Positions 24,182 to 29,530 of a DNA stretch of 32,000 nucleotides are shown in pieces. The stretch comes from Candidatus Saccharimonadota bacterium (GTDB taxonomy: Bacteria; Bacteroidota; Bacteroidia; Cytophagales; Amoebophilaceae): the NCBI RefSeq assembly GCF_003351905.1, contig NZ_CP022339.1, positions 60,001 through 92,000 on the forward strand. Direction: 5' to 3'. Both the position numbers and the translations under genes were made by a program. Each line of letters opens with the position of its first letter. Positions within the stretch are counted from its first letter, which is position 1. The notes beneath the pieces were generated by a model that was given only the letters and a program-made list of their open reading frames with translations, ran no database searches and was not told the origin of the DNA.

Positions 24182-24556
24182 ATGATTATGCTAGTAGAAA
24201 AAAGGCCAGTAGTAGAAACAGAGCAAAAACTTGTGGTAGACCAGGGTGTAAATAAAGAAAAGACAATCAAAACAAAAGAGATGATTCTCCAAAGAACCAA
24301 TCAAGTCTCTTTAATTAGCCATCTTGTTTCTGGTTTTGACCCCGTTAATGTAGAAGGCAATTACCAATCTAAATCTTCTTCACGGGTATCTATTTACTTT
24401 GGGAAAGTAAGTAAAAAATGGAAGTTTAAATGCCATCAAACGGATCAGGAGGGGGATGTGTTTGCCCTTTGGGGATACTGTTATGGATTAGACTATCCAA
24501 CCCAATTGAATGATATTCTGGAGCATATGAATCGAAAGCTTTCCTTGGGCCTGTAA
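24182..24556 (+). CDS. Hypothetical protein; weak resemblance to the N-terminal zinc-finger-like domain of CTn/phage primases
   Basis: 124 aa. The segment VSLISHLVSGF...SIYFGKVSKKWKFKCHQTDQEGDVFALWGYCYGLDY loosely follows the CHC2-primase N-domain pattern, but the Cys ligands are not conserved and no toprim domain follows. Confidence 0.35.
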   Translation: MIMLVEKRPVVETEQKLVVDQGVNKEKTIKTKEMILQRTNQVSLISHLVSGFDPVNVEGNYQSKSSSRVSIYFGKVSKKWKFKCHQTDQEGDVFALWGYCYGLDYPTQLNDILEHMNRKLSLGL

Positions 24557-24583
24557 CCCTATTTGTTTAAAGCAAGCACTTTT

Positions 24584-25771
24584 ATGGTTGGTATACAAGG
24601 CATATCTTTTAAGGGTAAAAAGGTACTCATACGCGTTGATTTTAATGTACCCATAACGGATCATGGCGTGGTTATCGATGACCGGCGTATTCGGAGCAGT
24701 TTGCCAACGATTCAAAAAGTAATAGCAGATGGCGGAATAGCTATTTTGCTCGCTCATTTGGGCAGGCCTAAACATGGATATGAAGCACGTTATTCGTTAC
24801 GCAGACTTTTGCCTGTATTATCTAATTTATTGCAACAACCTATTGTTTTTGCGCCCGATTGTATAGGATCTGTGGTAAAAGAACGGATAGATGGGCTAGA
24901 GCCAGGTAGCATCTTACTACTGGAAAATGTGCGTTTCCATGCATCAGAAACATTAGAAGATCGTGGTTTTGCTCAAGCACTGGCTGAATGGGGGGAGGTC
25001 TATATCAATGAAGCTTTTGGAACCATTCATAGAAATCATGTTTCTACTACTTTATTGCCTACTTATTTTAAAGAGCGCTATGCGGGCTACTTATTGCAGC
25101 AAGAAATAGCCGCTATTGATAAACTTTTTTCAAAAGAGCAAAGCCCCGTTGTGGCCATTATGGGCGGCAATAAGCTTGTAGATAAAGCAAAGCCGATTCA
25201 AGGTTTAATGCGTTACGTAGACCATATATTGATTGGTGGAGGATTGATCCTACCGTTTTACTATGCAAAACAGTCACCATCTGCACATACCGATTCAGAA
25301 GCAGAGGGGATTGCCAGTAGATTATTTGATGCACTGATACGCCATGGCCATTGTCAATTATGGTTGCCAACAGATGTCCAGGCGCTACCTGAAATGGATG
25401 AGCAGCTTACACCATCGACCTTATCGCTTGCCGATCTACCATATGACTCTTATGTAGTAGATATTGGACCGGTTACACAAGCACGCTTTGCAGCATTGAT
25501 TCGGCAAGCTAAGACCATATTATGGGCTGGCCCTATAGGGGTATTTGAATGGGATCAATGTGCGCTTGGAACTGTTTCCATTGCCCAGGCCATTGCCCAG
25601 GCCACTGCGCATGGTGCCTACAGCATAGTAGGTGGCGGAGATACCGCTGCTGCTATAAAACAAGCAGGCTATGTCAATCAAGTTTCCTATATTTCTACAG
25701 GAGGAGGAGCCTTGCTGGCCTATATTGCAGCAGATCGAAAATTATCAAGTCTAGAGGCATTGAAGCAATAG
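24584..25771 (+). CDS. pgk: Phosphoglycerate kinase
   Basis: MVGIQGISFKGKKVLIRVDFNVPI...LAHLGRPK...LLENVRFH..E...NEAFGT.HR.H.S...VAIMGG.K..DK...GGG...STGGGA. The ATG at 24584 is preferred over the track's TTG at 24563. Confidence 0.95.
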   Translation: MVGIQGISFKGKKVLIRVDFNVPITDHGVVIDDRRIRSSLPTIQKVIADGGIAILLAHLGRPKHGYEARYSLRRLLPVLSNLLQQPIVFAPDCIGSVVKERIDGLEPGSILLLENVRFHASETLEDRGFAQALAEWGEVYINEAFGTIHRNHVSTTLLPTYFKERYAGYLLQQEIAAIDKLFSKEQSPVVAIMGGNKLVDKAKPIQGLMRYVDHILIGGGLILPFYYAKQSPSAHTDSEAEGIASRLFDALIRHGHCQLWLPTDVQALPEMDEQLTPSTLSLADLPYDSYVVDIGPVTQARFAALIRQAKTILWAGPIGVFEWDQCALGTVSIAQAIAQATAHGAYSIVGGGDTAAAIKQAGYVNQVSYISTGGGALLAYIAADRKLSSLEALKQ

Positions 25772-25821
25772 CGTAGTTATAATGCGTTGTTATCCCAGTA
25801 CATTAACAAGATAAAAAAGAT

Positions 25822-25950
25822 ATGATGAGAACCATAGCACAAAAATATAAGGAAGAAGGGAGGCAATTTGGTCAAAAGAGAGACAAGTTAGAGGGCAAAT
25901 TAGCAATAGCTAGTTGTTTATCTGAAGGCGAATCGTTAGAGAGTGTGTGA
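25822..25950 (+). pseudogene. Possible C-terminal fragment of an Rpn-family gene
   Basis: The 42-codon ORF MMRTIAQKYKEEGRQFGQKRDKLEGKLAIASCLSEGESLESV resembles the ...EEGRQEG..EGK.EIA..LL.eG tail of Rpn/YhgA-like proteins. That tail is also seen in the intact copy at 17155..18102. Short and weak. Confidence 0.3.
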
Positions 25951-26202
25951 TTCGTAGAGGTTGTTACACCTGAGTTGTCCGATTAAGTTTGTGATACTAC
26001 ACTTTAGCTTACTAAGCTTATTAGGTCTTTGCGTTTTATCCTGTAGCCCTGCCAGACCGCCTAGTTTATACCTTTTTAAACAACGATAAAGAGTTGATCT
26101 AGCAATACCACAACGCCTAGCTGTCTTGCTTATAGAGCCTAACGTTTCATAAGCTTGTATCCAAGTCTTATGTGCATTAACCTTACGAGTTTTATTCTCC
26201 AT
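25936..26202 (-). pseudogene. N-terminal HTH fragment of an IS481/IS3-type (rve integrase) transposase
   Basis: The 88-aa ORF has ...ETLGSISKTARRCGIARSTLYRCLKRYKLGGLAGLQDKTQRPNK. This is the HTH plus 'GL.GL.D.SRRP' hallmark preceding the DDE/rve core in these IS families. No catalytic core follows. Confidence 0.6.
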
Positions 26203-26213
26203 TACGTACGCTA

Positions 26214-26263
26214 TTATATGGGATTATGGATAAGTTTAACAACTTACCCATAATCCCATATAA
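26214..26263. repeat. Perfect 16-bp inverted repeat with an 18-nt spacer, just upstream of the IS-transposase remnant
   Basis: TTATATGGGATTATGG (26214..26229) and CCATAATCCCATATAA (26248..26263) are exact reverse complements. Confidence 0.85.
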
Positions 26264-26396
26264 GCTACTATAATTTTATATTTTTATAAAGTATGTTTTG
26301 TAGTGTTTCTGTTGAAAATTCACACAATTTATCGATTGTATTAGTTAATGCATCATGCTTTAGTGGCTGATTTTATTAACATGGCGGATAAAGGAT

Positions 26397-27416
26397 TTAA
26401 CTGATTCCCTTGTTTTTTTTCAAGATTTGGAGTTTTTTCAGGGTTTCCTGTTCCGTTAGCTTATTGATTAGTGTTTCCAATGTTTGAGTTGCTGCTTTTC
26501 CAGTTCCAATTACCATGCTGGAGAGACTTCTAATTGTGATCCCTTGTTTTTTCAAGATTTGGAGTTTTTTCAGGGTTTCCTGTTCTGTTAGCTTATTGAT
26601 TAGTGTTTCCAATGTTTGCGCTGCTTCCTTTCCAGCTCCATTTGCCATGCTGGAGAGATTATTAAACCTAATATTATTATTAAGTATGTGTTGTAATTTA
26701 CTTTCTATGGCATATCCCCCGCTAGCGCACTTTATTAAAGTTTTATTGAGCAAAGTGTCGAGCACATATAGATCGGTACATTTTTTTAAGACACTACTCA
26801 AAAAAGTATAGGGCAGCTTTAGTTTATCGTAAGCATCAAGTTTTTCTATTATGCTTTCCGCTAATAGGCTATTTGGATCATGATTTATTTTAATTTTTAA
26901 TGACTTAAAATAAATTGTATTGGGTAAACGTTCCAATACGTCTAGGCTGCTTTGTGGATTATATAACCTAATATTATTGTTTACTTCACGCTTTTGTTTC
27001 TTTTTTATTTTACTATTTTGGGTAGATCCACTTGAATTTTTAGGCAAATATAACCGTTTTTGTAACTGATTACCCATTTTTTTGTGCTTGCTGAGTATAT
27101 CTGATGATTGCTGTTCATTTTGTTGCTCTTTATTTGGCGCAGCACCAGGTAGCCATGAACTGCTAGATACTTTACATCTTTTATCTTGGGAAGATTCACC
27201 CGAATCTGGAACAGCAGTGAGTGGCTTTATCTTAGGTCTCTTGAGCGATTGCGCATGCTTATTAAATGTTTCTTTATGGATTATTTGTTCCTTGGATAGG
27301 AGGGCTTCACATTTTATGCGTGGCTGTATTTTCAGATGAGTGTGATTACAGGCATATATACATATCAAAATAAATCTATACCACACCCCCAATAGGGTGG
27401 CTAATAGTGTGATCAT
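26397..27416 (-). CDS. Orphan membrane-anchored protein with a C-terminal 44-aa tandem duplication
   Basis: 339 aa. N-terminal TM (MITLLATLLGVWYRFILICIYAC), S/Q/K-rich low-complexity linker, and two C-terminal copies of ...GKEAAQTLETLINKLTEQETLKKLQILKK. No family recognised. Confidence 0.55.
   Translation of the reverse strand: MITLLATLLGVWYRFILICIYACNHTHLKIQPRIKCEALLSKEQIIHKETFNKHAQSLKRPKIKPLTAVPDSGESSQDKRCKVSSSSWLPGAAPNKEQQNEQQSSDILSKHKKMGNQLQKRLYLPKNSSGSTQNSKIKKKQKREVNNNIRLYNPQSSLDVLERLPNTIYFKSLKIKINHDPNSLLAESIIEKLDAYDKLKLPYTFLSSVLKKCTDLYVLDTLLNKTLIKCASGGYAIESKLQHILNNNIRFNNLSSMANGAGKEAAQTLETLINKLTEQETLKKLQILKKQGITIRSLSSMVIGTGKAATQTLETLINKLTEQETLKKLQILKKNKGIS
26403..26658. repeat. Tandem duplication, 2 x ~132 bp, within the 3' end of the 26397..27416 gene
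   Basis: CAAGATTTGGAGTTTTTTCAGGGTTTCCTGTTC[C/T]GTTAGCTTATTGATTAGTGTTTCCAATGTTTG... occurs at 26421 and again at 26553. CCATGCTGGAGAGA occurs at 26513 and 26645. The period is 132 bp. Confidence 0.9.
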
Positions 27417-27708
27417 TTAATTAAAATTATTAGGTGTGTTATACGTATTGTCTTTCTTAAAAAAGATAGCATTATATACAAAAATTTTAATTTATGCAAT
27501 ACGATACAACTGTAAAGCGTTCAGGGGCGTTATGGAAGTGGTAGGCATCATTCCTATGGCTCAACAGTTGCCATGGTTCCGTCCTTACGTAGGTGCCATT
27601 TTGTAATCGTTCGTTATGAGGATGATTTTTTTTGAAAATTTTATTTTTTTATCTACTTTTGAAAATCGGGTACTTCTTGTGTTTAATAACTTTATGACCC
27701 TGTTTTAT

Positions 27709-27786
27709 GGTGAATGTAGCTCAGCTGGTTAGAGCATTGGTTTGTGGTACCAAGGGTCGCGGGTTCGAATCCCGTCTTTCACCCCA
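27709..27786 (+). tRNA. tRNA-His (anticodon GTG) with encoded G-1 and CCA
   Basis: Hand-folded cloverleaf: G-1, acceptor GTGAATG/CTTTCAC (one T-T mismatch), D arm GCTC-AGCTGGTTA-GAGC, anticodon arm TTGGT-TTGTGGT-ACCAA, variable GGGTC, T arm GCGGG-TTCGAAT-CCCGT, discriminator C pairing with G-1, then CCA. Confidence 0.9.
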
Positions 27787-27819
27787 TTTTTCTATTTCAG
27801 CTATTTTCTATTTCAGGTT

Positions 27820-28755
27820 ATGCGCTATATAAGAAGTTTATTTAAAGCAGTTGCTTTGTTTTGTTTATCAGCAGTCTTGTACCCAGGATGTAAGTCTTCT
27901 CGTAAAAAAGATTCGGAGGTTAAAGTATCTAGTAAGGAAAAAGCAAAAACTACTGACAAGACACCAGTACAAAGTGGTAATAAAAAAGCATCACAAAATG
28001 AGATAAAGCCACTACAGCAGCCGTTTATGCCTCCCCATTCAACACCATCACAGAATATTAATCAGGAAAAACGTAAAAAAGTGTTGGAATTCTTGATTCA
28101 ACAGACTATGGTGACTATAGGGCCACTATGTCAAGAACTTATTCCGTCCGATCAAAAAATAAAAGATTTGATAAAAATTCTTAAAGGTCAACTCGGTAAG
28201 TTATTGGAGGAGGTGTTGAATGCCCTGCCTTCTGGTGAACAGAAACTTCTACTTGATTGCTTTGTAAAGTGTAAACAAGTCATGGATGAGTATAACAAGC
28301 AGTTGGGTGAGACGCTCAAACAGGTCCATGAGAAGTATAAAGAGTTGGACAATCTTATTAAGAAAGGAGAGAACTGCGAGATAGGTCCAAAAGTCAATGG
28401 ATCTGACCCTATATTTCAGGATATTATTAAAGCGGCTAAAGAGGTAGGTGCGGATCATGAATTTATTATTAAATGGATGAAAATGGAACAAGTATTTCCA
28501 GGGTGTTCATCTCAAGAGCAGGCAACCTACTTGCCTCATTTGAAAGATATTAGATCTTTACTCATGTCTTCAAGTGCAAAAAACCAAAAGCTCCTTATTC
28601 AAATGCAAGAGCAGTCTTCTAAAGTACCTGCTCATGTATTAGAGCAGATTAAAAAAGGCAGTATACAAATATTAGAAAAGCTAAAATCCATACATAGCAC
28701 GAAGAAGCAATCAGATACAACGTATAACTCAAGAGTCCGTGCTGGAGGCAGATAA
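27820..28755 (+). CDS. Lipoprotein with a helical / coiled-coil body; function unknown
   Basis: Track ORF 27742..28755 begins inside the tRNA. The internal ATG at 27820 gives MRYIRSLFKAVALFCLSAVLYPGC (lipobox). A K/S/Q-rich linker and K/E/L-rich helical region follow. Confidence 0.65.
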   Translation: MRYIRSLFKAVALFCLSAVLYPGCKSSRKKDSEVKVSSKEKAKTTDKTPVQSGNKKASQNEIKPLQQPFMPPHSTPSQNINQEKRKKVLEFLIQQTMVTIGPLCQELIPSDQKIKDLIKILKGQLGKLLEEVLNALPSGEQKLLLDCFVKCKQVMDEYNKQLGETLKQVHEKYKELDNLIKKGENCEIGPKVNGSDPIFQDIIKAAKEVGADHEFIIKWMKMEQVFPGCSSQEQATYLPHLKDIRSLLMSSSAKNQKLLIQMQEQSSKVPAHVLEQIKKGSIQILEKLKSIHSTKKQSDTTYNSRVRAGGR

Positions 28756-28975
28756 TGTAAAAGGTAAAGATAGGCTTTCAGTGGCTTTCTGATCACATCT
28801 TGTTCCAAGGAGCTTTTGTACTTTCTTGTAAGGAGTGTTGCTATATGGACACATTTGCTATTCATTAAGCTATTAGCAATTAGCCCTGTTTCTTTATCGG
28901 CGGCTGGTAGCAAGACTACAGTTGAAGTGTACTATATTTCCTTAAAAACTATCTATCTTGCAATAGATCTCTTTT

Positions 28976-29061
28976 TGTATATGTTCAGCGCAGTGGTTTT
29001 TATTAAGTATCTGTTCCAGTCACTGGTTTTTTGCGTTAAAAGAACAACGCCTCTGTAAAAA
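28976..29061 (+). repeat. Dispersed 86-bp repeat, copy 2
   Basis: TGTATATGTTCAGCGCAGTGGTTTTTATTAAGTATCTGTTCCAGTCACTGGTTTTTTGCGTTAAAAGAACAACGCCTCTGTAAAAA. Same orientation as 18201..18286. Both copies keep the small hairpin GCGTT-N-AACGC. Confidence 0.85.
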
Positions 29062-29084
29062 GTAGCGGTGTAGAAAGTGGCATT

Positions 29085-29156
29085 TTACAGATGATTAGGA
29101 AAAACAGTTGCCTTTGAAGCCCCCAAAGGGGGCGGTTTCTGTTTTTCCATCTGTAA
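29085..29156 (+). other. Long imperfect hairpin (about 24 paired bp) with a GC-rich tip and T-run; candidate intrinsic terminator, small structured RNA, or palindromic element
   Basis: Pairings: TTACAGATG (29085..29093) with CATCTGTAA (29148..29156); GAAAAACAG (29099..29107) with CTGTTTTTC (29139..29147); tip GCCCCC-AAA-GGGGGC (29119..29133), followed by GGTTTCTGTTTTT. It is an unusually GC-rich tip for this AT-rich DNA and lies in a ~760-nt stretch (28756..29519) with no credible full-length CDS. Confidence 0.5.
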
Positions 29157-29434
29157 GATGGCATTTTCAGCGGCTTTTTACCGAGGGCTTGATTTTTTGT
29201 CCACTTTTTTATCAAGAAAAAAGTGAGATAAAATGCATTATTAACCAGTATCGTGAACAGATACCTCTTTCGAGGCTCGATTTCTAATGGCAATCTTGTA
29301 GTCTATGCGCTCAAATACAGCTTGAGTATTCTGGCGACTCCGCTGCTCCTAAAAATTGCTCATCACAAATAGGGAGCGGTCTAATGTGCACCACACTGAT
29401 ATATTTATCATTACGACCAAATTAAGAACAAGCT

Positions 29435-29530
29435 ATGGAAAGAATTACCCCAAAAGTCAACCTAGCCTTTAAAAAAATCTTTAGTGTAAAAGCAAACAAA
29501 GACCTGCTGATTGCCTTTAATGATGCATAA
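29435..29530 (+). pseudogene. N-terminal fragment (31 codons) of a second Rpn-family gene, overlapping the dnaE start
   Basis: MERITPKVNLAFKKIFSVKANKDLLIAFNDA* aligns with LNPKNDVAFRKIFGSEKHKDILIHFINDV of the intact copy at about 50% identity. It stops at 29528..29530, inside the first codons of dnaE. Confidence 0.4.

Noticed and set aside
22924-24556. PLD nuclease + DUF721 + primase-like stub as a possible defence or replication module
   Set aside because: The PLD protein has an export signal and no helicase, ATPase or methylase partner. The three genes are separated by ~110-250-nt gaps (23521..23769 and 24070..24181), and the primase-like resemblance is weak. No evidence for a functional system.
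24488-25776. ORFs 24488..24775(-), 25158..25370(-), 25549..25776(+) and the TTG start at 24563 for pgk
   Set aside because: They are antisense to or out of frame within pgk. The pgk N-terminus aligns best from the ATG at 24584 (MVGIQGISFKGKKVLIRVDFNVP).
26515-27339. ORFs 26515..26811(+), 27005..27199(-) and 27082..27339(+)
   Set aside because: They overlap the longer 339-aa minus-strand ORF, whose tandem duplication preserves its reading frame. The overlapping ORFs look like frame shadows. The 339-aa gene itself is only moderately supported.
27709-27816. tRNA-His as the attachment site of an integrated island, with the direct repeat ATTTT(T)CTATTTCAG x2 at 27786..27816
   Set aside because: I found no second copy of the tRNA 3' end anywhere in the window and no integrase nearby. 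The short AT-rich tandem repeat could arise by slippage. Noted, but not supportable as an att site.
27742-27819. N-terminal extension MWYQGSRVRIPSFTPFF... of the 337-aa track ORF
   Set aside because: This part overlaps the tRNA-His gene (27709..27786) and is simply the tRNA read as protein. The lipobox-bearing ATG at 27820 is the plausible start.
28188-29293. ORFs 28188..28397(-), 28249..28491(-), 28632..28913(-), 28816..29058(+) and 29036..29293(-)
   Set aside because: The first two are antisense to the lipoprotein gene. The others cross the dispersed 86-bp repeat and the long hairpin in a region that looks non-coding, and have F/L/I-rich composition with no motifs.
29061-29434. Known housekeeping ncRNAs (tmRNA, RNase P RNA, SRP RNA, 6S) in the long non-coding stretch
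   Set aside because: None of the hallmark motifs I can recall appear (GGGGCTGA start/TCCACCA end of tmRNA, GAGGAAAGTCC of RNase P, the GGAA/AGCA SRP domain IV). Only the hairpin is reported.
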